From contig NC_017080.1 of the NCBI RefSeq assembly GCF_000284115.1, positions 360,001 through 392,000 of the forward strand: 32,000 nt of DNA, read 5' to 3'. The stretch's first letter is position 1. Every line of letters starts with the position of its first letter. A program made the translations under genes and the position numbers. Positions 18,702 through 27,041 of this stretch are shown piece by piece. A model generated the notes under the pieces. It had not been told where the DNA came from, did no database searches, and saw only the letters and a list, made by a program, of their open reading frames with translations. This stretch comes from Phycisphaera mikurensis NBRC 102666 (GTDB lineage Bacteria; Planctomycetota; Phycisphaerae; Phycisphaerales; Phycisphaeraceae).

Positions 18702-18785
18702 GCGGGAGTATGGGCGGCAAGGCGGCGGCGGGCAGCGGGGGGCTGGGTGTTGTTCCTGCCCGAGCGGCCATGCATACTGGCGGGC

Positions 18786-18992
18786 ATGGAAGCGCCTCTT
18801 GAGTTGGACGACAAGCTCGTGAAGGACGCGATGGAGGTCACGGGCATCGAGCAGAGGACGGCTCTGATCCACTACGCGCTGAGGGATCTTCTGGCGCGCG
18901 AAGCCGCTCTCCACCTCTCGAACCTCGGTGGTTCGATGCCGGACATTGAGGACGTGCCTCGTCGCCGTCCGCCGGTGACGCGTGCCTCCTGA
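18786..18992 (+). CDS. vapB: Type II antitoxin, VapB family (DUF2191-like)
   Basis: The 68-aa MEAPLELDDKLVKDAMEVTGIEQRTALIHYALRDLLAREA... is typical of the small antitoxins that precede PIN toxins. Its 3' end overlaps the PIN reading frame. Confidence 0.75.
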   Translation: MEAPLELDDKLVKDAMEVTGIEQRTALIHYALRDLLAREAALHLSNLGGSMPDIEDVPRRRPPVTRAS

Positions 18993-19386
18993 GCTCCCGC
19001 CTTACGCACTCCGTTCCGCGGTCCTCGCCGACACGTCGGTGTAGATCCACCACATGCGTTCCGCCGGAGCCGAACCGCTTCCCGTGCGCAGTGCGCGCCG
19101 TCTCGCGATGCACCCTGCCGTCATGGGCGAGCTCGCCTGCGGGAACCTACCCGCCCGGGAGCTGACGCTCCCGCGCATGCGGACGATGTGGAGCCTCCGG
19201 CCGGCGAGCGACGACGAGGTTCTTCAACTCATCGAGGGGCACCGTCTGCACGGGCGCGGTGTCGGCTGGATCGACTTCCACCTGCTCACCACTTGCAAGC
19301 TCCGCGGCCCGTCGCTGTGGACGCGGGACAAGCGGCTGCGGGAGGTGGCGGCGGAGGTGCTGGGCGAGGAGAAGGTGTGGGTGTGA
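18982..19386 (+). pseudogene. vapC: PIN-domain toxin VapC interrupted by an in-frame TAG
   Basis: The frame opening at GTG 18982 reads ...AVLADTSV-TAG(19042-19044)-IHHMRSAG...HPAVMGELACGNL...GRGVGWIDFHLL...LWTRDKRL. In intact VapC proteins this N-terminal motif is DTSVWI, so TGG (Trp) appears to have become TAG. The remaining ATG-initiated ORF (19054-19386) lacks the first catalytic Asp. Confidence 0.75.
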
Positions 19387-19387
19387 A

Positions 19388-19451
19388 TCCGCTGCGCTCA
19401 GACCTGCCCAATCGGATCGGCACCGGCCGCCCGGCGCTGCAGCGCAGCGGA
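19388..19451. other. 11-bp inverted repeat immediately after the vapC stop codon
   Basis: tccgctgcgct (19388-19398) is the exact reverse complement of agcgcagcgga (19441-19451). The 12-nt palindrome gcgctgcagcgc (19434-19445) overlaps the right arm. Confidence 0.3.
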
Positions 19452-19610
19452 GCCAGCGGCTTCCACGCGGAGCCGGGGCTTCGCCCCCGCGGAGCCCCGC
19501 ACCTCGGTTGATTCGACTCGCGCAGCGGCAGGAAATGGAAAGGGCTTCTGCCAGGAGGCGCCCTCGTTCGGCGGCCTTCGGCGACCGCCCGCGGAGCGAT
19601 CGCGCAGCGC

Positions 19611-21167
19611 TCAGTAGCGGTAATGCGACGGCTTGTATGGCCCGTCCTTCTCCACCGCGATGTAATCGGCCTGATCCTCCGAGAGCTCGGTCAGCTTGAC
19701 ACCCAGCTTGCCCAGGTGCAGGCGGGCGACCTTCTCGTCGAGGATCTTCGGCAGGAGCGTGACCTTGTTCTCCGCGTAGGTGAGCCCGCTGAGCGAATCC
19801 TGCCCGTTGGCCGCCAGCGCCAGGTCGATCTGCGCGATCGTCTGGTTGGTGAAGCTGGCGGACATCACGAAGCTGGGGTGCCCGGTGGCGCAGCCCAGGT
19901 TGAGCAGCCGGCCCTCGGCGAGGATCAGGATGCTGTGGCCGTCCTCGAAGGTCCACTCGTCGTACTGCGGCTTGATGTTGGTCCGCGTGGCGGCCTTCTC
20001 GAGCTTGGCCATCTGGATCTCGTTGTCGAAGTGCCCGATGTTGCCGACGATCGTCTTGTCCTTCATTGCCTGCATGTGCTCCAGGCGGATGATGTCGTAG
20101 TTGCCGGTGGTGGTGATGACGATGTCGGCCTCGGGGAGCGCGTCCTCGAGCGTCGTGACCTCGTAGCCCTCCATCGCGGCCTGCAGGGCGCAGATCGGGT
20201 CGATCTCGGTGACGATGACGCGGGCGCCCTGGCCGCGGAGGCTCTGGCAGCAGCCCTTGCCGACGTCGCCGTAGCCGCAGACGATGGCGACCTTGCCGGA
20301 GACCATCACGTCGGTGGCGCGGAAGAGCCCGTCGATCAGCGAGTGGCGGCAGCCGTAGAGGTTGTCGAACTTGCTCTTGGTGCAGCTGTCGTTGACGTTG
20401 ATCGCCGGGAAGAGCAGCTTGCCGTCCTTCTCCAGCTTGTTGAGCGCCTTGATGCCGGTGGTCGTCTCCTCGGAGACACCCTTGCACGCGGCGGCGACCT
20501 TCTGCCAGCGGTCCGGGGTCTCCTGCTGCACGCGGGCGAGCGTCTTGAGGACCTCCTTGAACTCGACGTTGTCGGTGGTCTCGGGGCCGGGCACGGAGCC
20601 GGCGAGCTCGAACTCGACGCCCTTGTGGATGAGCATCGTGGCGTCGCCGCCGTCGTCGACGATCAGGGTGGGACCGTCACCGTTCTCGAACCGCAGCGCC
20701 TGCTCGGTGCACCACCAGTAGTCGGCGAGGCTCTCGCCCTTCCAGGCGTACACCGGCACGCCCTTGGGCTTGTCGGCGGTGCCCGAGGGGCCGGCGACCA
20801 CGGCGGCGGCGGCGTGGTCCTGCGTGGAGAAGATGTTGCACGAGACCCAGCGGACCTCGGCGCCGAGCTCGACGAGCGTCTCGATGAGGACGGCGGTCTG
20901 GATGGTCATGTGCAGCGAGCCCATGATCCGCTGGCCCTTGAGCGGCTGGGACTCGCCGTACTCGCGGCGGCAGGCCATGAGGCCGGGCATCTCTTCCTCG
21001 GCGAGGCGGATCTCGGTGCGGCCGTAGCGGACGCTCTCCTCGGAGAGGTCGGCGACCTTGAAGGTGAGGCCGCCGCGGGTCTGGGCGGTCGGGAGGTCGC
21101 CGTGCTGGGGGTCGGCACCGGGGGGGGCATCGTGGGGGGCGTTGAGGACGGAGGGGGCGGCGGTCAT
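19611..21167 (-). CDS. ahcY: Adenosylhomocysteinase (SAH hydrolase)
   Basis: It has FKVADLSE...[39 protein letters not shown], the NAD-binding site [25 protein letters not shown] and GHFDNEI. The N-terminal roughly 35 aa are extra, so the true start may lie downstream. Confidence 0.93.
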   Translation of the reverse strand: MTAAPSVLNAPHDAPPGADPQHGDLPTAQTRGGLTFKVADLSEESVRYGRTEIRLAEEEMPGLMACRREYGESQPLKGQRIMGSLHMTIQTAVLIETLVELGAEVRWVSCNIFSTQDHAAAAVVAGPSGTADKPKGVPVYAWKGESLADYWWCTEQALRFENGDGPTLIVDDGGDATMLIHKGVEFELAGSVPGPETTDNVEFKEVLKTLARVQQETPDRWQKVAAACKGVSEETTTGIKALNKLEKDGKLLFPAINVNDSCTKSKFDNLYGCRHSLIDGLFRATDVMVSGKVAIVCGYGDVGKGCCQSLRGQGARVIVTEIDPICALQAAMEGYEVTTLEDALPEADIVITTTGNYDIIRLEHMQAMKDKTIVGNIGHFDNEIQMAKLEKAATRTNIKPQYDEWTFEDGHSILILAEGRLLNLGCATGHPSFVMSASFTNQTIAQIDLALAANGQDSLSGLTYAENKVTLLPKILDEKVARLHLGKLGVKLTELSEDQADYIAVEKDGPYKPSHYRY

Positions 21168-21237
21168 GGGTCGGCCTTCGACGGGGGGAGGAGCCGCTGT
21201 GCGTGCGGCGGTTCGGGTTCGGGAACGGAGAGCGGGG

Positions 21238-22236
21238 TCAGGCGGCGGGCTTCAAGCCGCGGGCGAGGCGGAGGGCGGGGCCGGTGGCCCCGGGGTCGGG
21301 TGGGAGCAGCGTCGCGCGGACGCCGGTGAGCCCGGCGTCGATCAGGAGGCCGGCGAGGGCTTCTTCGGCGAAGCCGTTGCTCGTCTGGCCCATCGCGCGG
21401 CGGAAGTCGTCGCGGTCGTGCGCGGCGAGGTCGGTGATGGCGACCACGCCGCCGGGCTTCGCCACGCGGGCCATCTCGGCCACGGCGGCGGCGGGCTCGG
21501 CGAGGTACGACAGCACGAGCACGCAGAAAGCGGCGTCGACGGAGGCGTCGGCCAGCGGCGTGGCGGCGAGGTCGCAGCGGTGGAGGGACACGCCGGCGGT
21601 GCCATCGAGGCGGGCGCCGGCGGCGGCGAGCATCTCCGGCGAGGCGTCGAGGCCGTGGACCTCGGCGGCGAAGGGCGCCAGCGCGGCCAGCAGCGAGCCG
21701 GTGCCGCAGCCGAAGTCGGCGACCCTGGCGTCGGCCGGCAGCAGCATCGCCAGCGGCGCGGTGGACAGGCGGGCGCCGTAGACCGCTTCGCGGGTGGCGT
21801 CCCACGTGCCGGCGAGGCCCGCGAAGAAGTCGTCGCCTCCGGAAGCGGCGTGCACGGCGCGGTAGGCGGCGAGGCGAGCGGCGTCCTGGGCGAGCGTCGC
21901 CCAGCCGGCGGTCTGCTTGCGCGTCAATCGCCAGAGGTCGGCTTGATCGGGGTCCAGCTCGTCGTGGACGTTCTCGTACAGCCGCGTGGTGCCTCGCCGA
22001 CGCGAGATCAGGAAGCCGGCGTCGGCCAGGGCTTTGAGGTGCCGCGACACCGTCGACTGCGGGAGCTGCAGGATCGTGCAGAGGCCCGAGACGCCCAGCT
22101 CCTCGGCCTCGAGCAGCCGCAGGAGCCGCACCCGCGTGCCGTCCGCAAGGCAGGAAAGCCACGCGAGCGCGGCGTCGGGCCGCGGCGGGGCGGGCGTGAG
22201 GCCGGGGCCGGGCTGGGGGGTGGGGGGCACATCCAT
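21238..22236 (-). CDS. ArsR-type wHTH regulator fused to a SAM-dependent methyltransferase-like domain (SahR-like)
   Basis: [47 protein letters not shown] is an ArsR-type [13 protein letters not shown] is SAM motif I, and PGGVVAITD follows later. The ATG at 22236 is preferred over the track start at 22323. The gene ends 70 nt upstream of ahcY on the same strand. Confidence 0.8.
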   Translation of the reverse strand: MDVPPTPQPGPGLTPAPPRPDAALAWLSCLADGTRVRLLRLLEAEELGVSGLCTILQLPQSTVSRHLKALADAGFLISRRRGTTRLYENVHDELDPDQADLWRLTRKQTAGWATLAQDAARLAAYRAVHAASGGDDFFAGLAGTWDATREAVYGARLSTAPLAMLLPADARVADFGCGTGSLLAALAPFAAEVHGLDASPEMLAAAGARLDGTAGVSLHRCDLAATPLADASVDAAFCVLVLSYLAEPAAAVAEMARVAKPGGVVAITDLAAHDRDDFRRAMGQTSNGFAEEALAGLLIDAGLTGVRATLLPPDPGATGPALRLARGLKPAA

Positions 22237-22253
22237 CCGTTGATCCGGATGGA
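22232..22253. promoter_or_regulatory. Inverted repeat overlapping the putative regulator start codon (candidate operator)
   Basis: tccatccg (22232-22239) and cggatgga (22246-22253) are 8-bp reverse-complementary arms with a 6-nt spacer. The spacer and right arm contain the palindrome atccggat. Confidence 0.2.
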
Positions 22254-22416
22254 AGGATAGACGGCCGGGCCGCCGGTGCGGCGGCGCGGTGGCCGCAGGG
22301 GTGGACCCCGACAAAAGACCCACGCGCGGGGTGGCACGCCGCCGCCGGCGGTTTAGGTTCGAGGCGACGCCGGACCGGCCGGCGTCCCCCTCCCCAAATC
22401 TTTCCGGAGAAAGACT

Positions 22417-22896
22417 TTGAAGACGCCCTTTCTTGCTGTCGCCGCCCTCGCCCTCGCCGCCACGGTGGCCCCGCAGCCCGCCGAGGCCGGCCGCGTCGCC
22501 CTCGACGCGTCAACTCGTTCCTCGCATCGGGACGCGGGCAAGGCCCTCCGCTTCCGCACGGCCAGCCCCTTCTTCGCCCGCCCCCTGCAGACGTGGCCCC
22601 TGCGGAACGCCGGCCGCAGCACCCGCGACGGCTACCGGTGGTGGATCGCCCAGGAGCGGAAGGCCGCGCGGCCGAAGAAGAAGCGCTGCGACCCGGTGAT
22701 GGGCGACATCGGCGGCGACATCGGCGGCGGCTCCGGTTCCGGCACCGGCACGGGTGGGTCCGGCGGAGGGGCGGGCAACCCGGGAGCGGGCGGCGCCGGC
22801 GGGGGCGGGGCGGTTGCGGTGCCGACGCCCTCCGCGGCGTTCGCAGGCGTCCTGGGGCTCGGTGCCCTCGCCGCCCGGCGACGCACGCGGGCGTGA
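22417..22896 (+). CDS. Small PEP-CTERM sorting-domain protein with a Gly-rich linker
   Basis: The TTG start at 22417 lies 7 nt after ggaga. The signal peptide is KTPFLAVAALALAATVAPQPAEA. The C-terminus is AVPTPSAAFAGVLGLGALAARRRTRA. Confidence 0.8.
   Translation: MKTPFLAVAALALAATVAPQPAEAGRVALDASTRSSHRDAGKALRFRTASPFFARPLQTWPLRNAGRSTRDGYRWWIAQERKAARPKKKRCDPVMGDIGGDIGGGSGSGTGTGGSGGGAGNPGAGGAGGGGAVAVPTPSAAFAGVLGLGALAARRRTRA
22702..22725 (+). repeat. Perfect tandem 12-bp duplication inside the Gly-rich coding region
   Basis: ggcgacatcggc occurs twice in tandem (22702-22713 and 22714-22725), encoding GDIG-GDIG. Confidence 0.9.
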
Positions 22897-22992
22897 GTGC
22901 GCTCTCCCGGCGGATCCACCTCCCCCCGCACGCCCACGCCGTTGACCCGGCGGGGCGTGGTCGCGCGCCCCGGGGCCAGGCCCCGCCGCGGA

Positions 22993-23982
22993 TCACCCGC
23001 CGTAGCGGGCGAGGAGGTCCACGATCCGCGCCTGCTGCGGGCTCTCCCGCAGCGAGCGGCGGAGCCGGTCGACGCCGGTGATCCGGTGGTAGCCGCTCGC
23101 CGCGGGCTGCCGGTGGTGCAGGGTCAGGTGGGCGATGGCGCTGCCGTTGAGCGAGGCCACGTCGGCGGGTTCGATCGCGAGCGCCTGCTCGTAGGCGTCG
23201 AGGGCCTCCCGCGGGCGCTCCAGCTTCAGGTAGGCATACGCCAGCCGCTCGTGGCCGCGGAGGCTCGGCTTGCGGCGCTGCAGGGAGGCCAGGACGTTGA
23301 TGGCCCGCTCGTAGTTGCCCTGCGTCAGGTGGGCGTTGGCCAGCCCGAGCAGCATCGGATCGTCGAGGCTGCCGAGCTCGGCGGCCCGCCGGTAGCTGGC
23401 GATGACGTCGTCCCAGCGGCCGAGCATCGCCTGCGTCACGGCGAGGTTGCTCCACGCCGGCTGCGACGAGGGATCCAGCCGCGTGGCGCGCTGGGCCGGA
23501 GCCAGCGCCCTCTCCGGCTGGCCGAGCTGGAGGTACGCGGCGGCGAGGTCGCGGGCGGCGTCGAAGCTCTCGGCCTCGAGGCGGAGGGCCCGGAGGTAAC
23601 CGTCGACGGCTTCGTCGAGGCGTCCGCCGAGGTGCTGCATGAGGGCGCTGCCGTAGGCGGCGGGGAAGCTGGAGGGGTCGATGGCTTCGGCGCGCTGGTA
23701 GGCCGCGAGCGCGGCTTCGGTGTCGCCGCGGCCGCGGTAGATGTGGGCCTCGCCGAGGTGAGCCTCGAGGAAGCGGGGATCTTCTTCGAGCACGAGGCGG
23801 AGCAGCGCCAGCCCCTCGTCGCCGAAGCCCCGGTCGCCCAGCTCACGGGCCTCGGACACGCGGATTAGCGCAGCCTCCCGCCCCCCGCTCCCGCCGCCGG
23901 TGCGGCAGCCCGCCAGCGGGAGCAGCATGAGGGCGACGAGCAGCACGCCGGTGCGGAAACGGGGGAGGGTGGTGCGGGTCAT
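22993..23982 (-). CDS. TPR-repeat lipoprotein
   Basis: The ATG at 23982 gives MTRTTLPRFRTGVLLVALMLLPLAGC, a lipobox. Multiple 34-residue TPR-like repeats follow (A..Y..A...P....A...LG..Y). Its start overlaps the upstream gene's stop (ATGA). Confidence 0.85.
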   Translation of the reverse strand: MTRTTLPRFRTGVLLVALMLLPLAGCRTGGGSGGREAALIRVSEARELGDRGFGDEGLALLRLVLEEDPRFLEAHLGEAHIYRGRGDTEAALAAYQRAEAIDPSSFPAAYGSALMQHLGGRLDEAVDGYLRALRLEAESFDAARDLAAAYLQLGQPERALAPAQRATRLDPSSQPAWSNLAVTQAMLGRWDDVIASYRRAAELGSLDDPMLLGLANAHLTQGNYERAINVLASLQRRKPSLRGHERLAYAYLKLERPREALDAYEQALAIEPADVASLNGSAIAHLTLHHRQPAASGYHRITGVDRLRRSLRESPQQARIVDLLARYGG

Positions 23983-24704
23983 CCGGCGGCACCATCGGCA
24001 CGATCCGCCGGAGGATCCACCGGCGGGGGCGCGGCCGGGTTGCCCGGCCCGGAGGCGGCGCCGGCGGCGCGGCCGGCTCCGGCTCGGTGCAGCGGCACCC
24101 ACGCAGCGCCCAGCGCGACGGCGAGCAGGAGGACGCTGAAGATCCAGGGGATCTCCTCGTAGAGCGTCGCCCGGGCAAGCACCACCGCGAGGAGGCCGGC
24201 CATGAGCGCGTACCGCACCGTCGTCAGCCTCCGCAGCGCCGGAGGCACCTCCACGGACGCACGCGACGCCCCGGCGGGTGGCGGCTCGGGCGACGCGAGC
24301 ACCTCCGCCACGAAGACGCCCGCCAGGGCGATCAGCAGCCCCAGCACCCACCGCACCGCCCGGGCGTTCATCGCCGCGTCGACCGCCGCGTACCGCGCGG
24401 TGACCGCCCCGGTGAGCACCCGGTCGAGCTCCGCGTAGCGGGCCTCGGCCTGCTCCCGCTGCGGGCCCTCCGGCAACGCCCCTTCCCCCTCGCCGAGCCC
24501 GAGCTGGGCGAGGGCGGCGGCGCGGGCGGAGGCCGCCTGCTCCCGCGCCGCCTCGGCCGCCTCGTGCGCCTCGGTGCCGCCGAAGAGGGCGATGTAGGCG
24601 GTCGGGGCGGCGGCGCCGAGCAGCGGCGGCCCGAGAACCAGGCCCAGGAGCAGGCCGGCGGCGAGGAGGAGGAGGTCGCGGCGGCCGGGGAAGGGGAAGA
24701 CCAT
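23979..24704 (-). CDS. Multi-pass membrane protein of unknown function
   Basis: It has about four hydrophobic helices, an Ala/Glu-rich loop and a Pro-rich tail. The start is either ATG 24704 (MVFPFPG) or the track start at 24752. Confidence 0.6.
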   Translation of the reverse strand: MVFPFPGRRDLLLLAAGLLLGLVLGPPLLGAAAPTAYIALFGGTEAHEAAEAAREQAASARAAALAQLGLGEGEGALPEGPQREQAEARYAELDRVLTGAVTARYAAVDAAMNARAVRWVLGLLIALAGVFVAEVLASPEPPPAGASRASVEVPPALRRLTTVRYALMAGLLAVVLARATLYEEIPWIFSVLLLAVALGAAWVPLHRAGAGRAAGAASGPGNPAAPPPVDPPADRADGAAG

Positions 24705-24879
24705 CCGGCGAGGGTAAAGGCGGCTCCGCGCCGCCGAGAAACGCGGCCCCACCGCGTGGTCGCGCCGCCGCGAGGCCCGGCCGGCTCCCGCCGCGTTCGG
24801 CTTCCCATCGGCCGGCGCGCAGCCGCGGCGGTCTCCACCGGCGGCGCCGGACCCGCGACGTTCCCGGCCCGCCGGCCTG

Positions 24880-26151
24880 CTAGGGGACCAGCACGGCGTC
24901 TTGGGCGATGTCGACCGGCGTCGTGCGGGAATCCGCCGAAGCCGACTCCGGCGCCCAGAGGTGGTCCCACGCCGGCGAGCGGCCGGGCAGCACGGGCACG
25001 CCGAGGCTCGGCCGGACGGTCCAGCGGGCGTCGCCGGCGGCGGTCAGCACGTTCTGGCCCTCGCCGCGGTGCAGGCGGCTGGGCGTCATCTCGGGCCGCC
25101 CCGCGACCGGCACGAGCCGGCCGGCCCGCAGCACGAACAGCGGGTTGCGGTCCGCGAGCACCCCCAGGTCGCTGCGGGCGTCGTCGAGCCGGAGCGGCCG
25201 CGGGCCGGCCTGGCTCTGGTACGAGTAGGCGGCGGCGCCGGCCATCCGCCAGGCGAAGCGGCCGGCGGCGGCCGCCGCTTCACCGGGCTGGCCGTTGCAG
25301 ATCAGCCGCTCGACGGGGAGGTACCCGCCGCCGCGCGTCGCCAGCAGGGCGAGGTGCTGCGCGTTGCCGCCGCTGAACCTCGGCGGGAGGTCGGCCGGCC
25401 CCGCCGTGTCGGCCGCCGACGCCGCCGACGGCAGCAGCCCCGCCAGCGGGGCACCCGAGAAGCCCGCCGCCCGCGGCATCACGCCGCCGAAGTCCGCGGC
25501 GTACTGGGCGAACGCGCCGCCCGCGGCCCGCAGGTTGTTCATGCAGGCGAGGCGGCCGGCCTCCACGGACGACTGCCGGAGCACCGGGAGCAGCAGGGCG
25601 GAGCCGATCAGCAGCACCGCGGCGGCCGAGAGCACCTGCCGGAAGCCGCTGCGGAGCGAGCGCCCGAAGCCGATGCGCCCGGCGACGGAGGCGGCGTCGG
25701 CCTCGGGGCCGTTCGGCCCGCGGAAGCGATCGATCTGCGCGGCGAGCGCTTCGGCCCGCCGCTGCGCCGCCAGCCGCTCGAGCGTCCGCGGGGCGAGGCC
25801 GGCGGGCACGCCCTCCGCCCCGAGCGAAGCCGCGGCGCCCGCCAGCAGCGCGTCCAGCCCGGCGAGGCCGGCCGGCGGCGGGCCGTTGGCGCCGTCGGCG
25901 AGCCACGCGTCGAGGAGGTCCGCGTCGCGGGGCAGGAGCGTCGCGGCGGGCGCGGCCGCCGCGCCGCCATCGCGGACCAGAGCCGCGGCGCGGCGGGCGA
26001 GGCCGGCCGGGACGGGCGCGCCCGAAGCCGGGTCCGCCGCCGCGAACAACGCCGCGATCCTGCCCGCGACGCCCTCCACGGCGGCCGAAGGCGACCCCCC
26101 CCGGCCCGAGAGGGCCTCGGCGGTTTCAGGTCGCGGCATGGGCTCGTTCAT
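24880..26151 (-). CDS. Single-pass membrane protein: putative anti-sigma factor with a DUF1559/H-X9-DG-like extracytoplasmic domain
   Basis: It lies 85 nt downstream of the ECF sigma gene on the same strand. An Ala-rich N-terminal region of about 170 aa precedes the TM helix VLSAAAVLLIGSALLLPVL. This is followed by RQSSVEAGRLACMNNLRAAGGAFAQYAADFGG (compare the canonical LLLPAVQAAREAARR.QC.NNLKQIGLA.HNY) and the C-terminal SRLHRGEGQNVLTAAGDARW (compare H.GG.N.LF.DGSVRF). Confidence 0.7.
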   Translation of the reverse strand: MNEPMPRPETAEALSGRGGSPSAAVEGVAGRIAALFAAADPASGAPVPAGLARRAAALVRDGGAAAAPAATLLPRDADLLDAWLADGANGPPPAGLAGLDALLAGAAASLGAEGVPAGLAPRTLERLAAQRRAEALAAQIDRFRGPNGPEADAASVAGRIGFGRSLRSGFRQVLSAAAVLLIGSALLLPVLRQSSVEAGRLACMNNLRAAGGAFAQYAADFGGVMPRAAGFSGAPLAGLLPSAASAADTAGPADLPPRFSGGNAQHLALLATRGGGYLPVERLICNGQPGEAAAAAGRFAWRMAGAAAYSYQSQAGPRPLRLDDARSDLGVLADRNPLFVLRAGRLVPVAGRPEMTPSRLHRGEGQNVLTAAGDARWTVRPSLGVPVLPGRSPAWDHLWAPESASADSRTTPVDIAQDAVLVP

Positions 26152-26236
26152 GAGGAAAGCGCGGAGCGGGCGGGCCGGGGGCCGGAAAGCGGCGGATTCT
26201 CTACGCGGCGTGGCCGCGGAGGTTCGTCCGGCCGTC

Positions 26237-26911
26237 TCACTCCGGATCGAGCCTGGCGGAGGGCCCGATCTTGGGGTGCGTCTCCTTCCACCGGATCGCG
26301 AAGGCCGCGACGGCGGCGTGCAGCCGGCTCTTCACCGTTCCCAGCGGGATCCCGAGCATCTCCGCGATCTCGCGGTAGGCGAGCTTCTCGAAGTAGGCGA
26401 GCGTGAGCACCTCCCGCAGGTGATCCGGCAGGCCGCTCACGGCGTCGCGCACCAGCACCGCGACCTCGCCCTCGGCCGCGACGCTGCCCGGCTCGGGCAG
26501 GTCGGCCTCCATGAGGTCGACGAAGCTGGCGCCGTCGGAGGCCGCGCCGCCGACCTTGGCGTCGAGCGGCAGGGCCCGGTGGCGCTTGTTCCGCCGCAGA
26601 TGATCGCGAGCCTTGTTGGCGCCGATCGTGAACAGCCACGGCCGGAAACGCTTCTCCGCGTCGAAGGTCGCCGCCGATTTGTGCACCTGGAGGAAGGTCT
26701 CCTGGAACAGGTCGTCCGCCGTGGCCCGGTCGTTCACGAAGCGCAGCAGGAAGAAGAACAGGTCGCGCTCGTAGCGGAGGATCAGCGTTTCCAACGCCGT
26801 CTGACCCTCCACCGGCCCGGGCTTGCCCGAGCGGTGCAGCGTGAGCAGCTCCGCGTCGGTGGCTTCCGCGTCCCCTCCCGCCGGCCCCGCTTTGTCCGTC
26901 CCAGCGGCCAT
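26237..26911 (-). CDS. ECF-type RNA polymerase sigma-70 family factor
   Basis: Region 2 reads LFFFLLRFVNDRATADDLFQETFLQVHK...FRPWLFTIGANKARDHLRR. Region 4 reads LREVLTLAYFEKLAYREIAEMLGIPLGTVKSRLHAA. Confidence 0.9.
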   Translation of the reverse strand: MAAGTDKAGPAGGDAEATDAELLTLHRSGKPGPVEGQTALETLILRYERDLFFFLLRFVNDRATADDLFQETFLQVHKSAATFDAEKRFRPWLFTIGANKARDHLRRNKRHRALPLDAKVGGAASDGASFVDLMEADLPEPGSVAAEGEVAVLVRDAVSGLPDHLREVLTLAYFEKLAYREIAEMLGIPLGTVKSRLHAAVAAFAIRWKETHPKIGPSARLDPE

Positions 26912-27041
26912 GCGGCGAGGGTACCCCGCCGTGCAGCCGGTGCGGGCTGCCCCTCGGCCTCGCGGGTGGCAATCCCGCCACGTCCTGGGCGTCGCGGGCT
27001 CCCCGCGGCGGGCGGTCCCGGACGCGACCTAGCTTCCCCCC

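Noticed and set aside
21164-23455. 763-aa minus-strand ORF, together with similar long ORFs at 1225-2760, 4464-6266, 5087-6463, 5433-7289, 16977-18785, 19623-21329, 24087-25376, 24901-26406, 27709-29070 and 29847-31790
   Set aside because: All are Arg/Pro/Gly-rich alternative frames or antisense frames of better-supported genes. None has a recognisable motif.
26992-27020. ECF-type promoter candidate GGGACC-N17-CGCGAC on the minus strand upstream of the sigma gene
   Set aside because: It only loosely resembles GGAAC-N16/17-CGTC. Matches like this are expected by chance in sequence this GC-rich. Transcription start mapping or comparison with target promoters would be needed.
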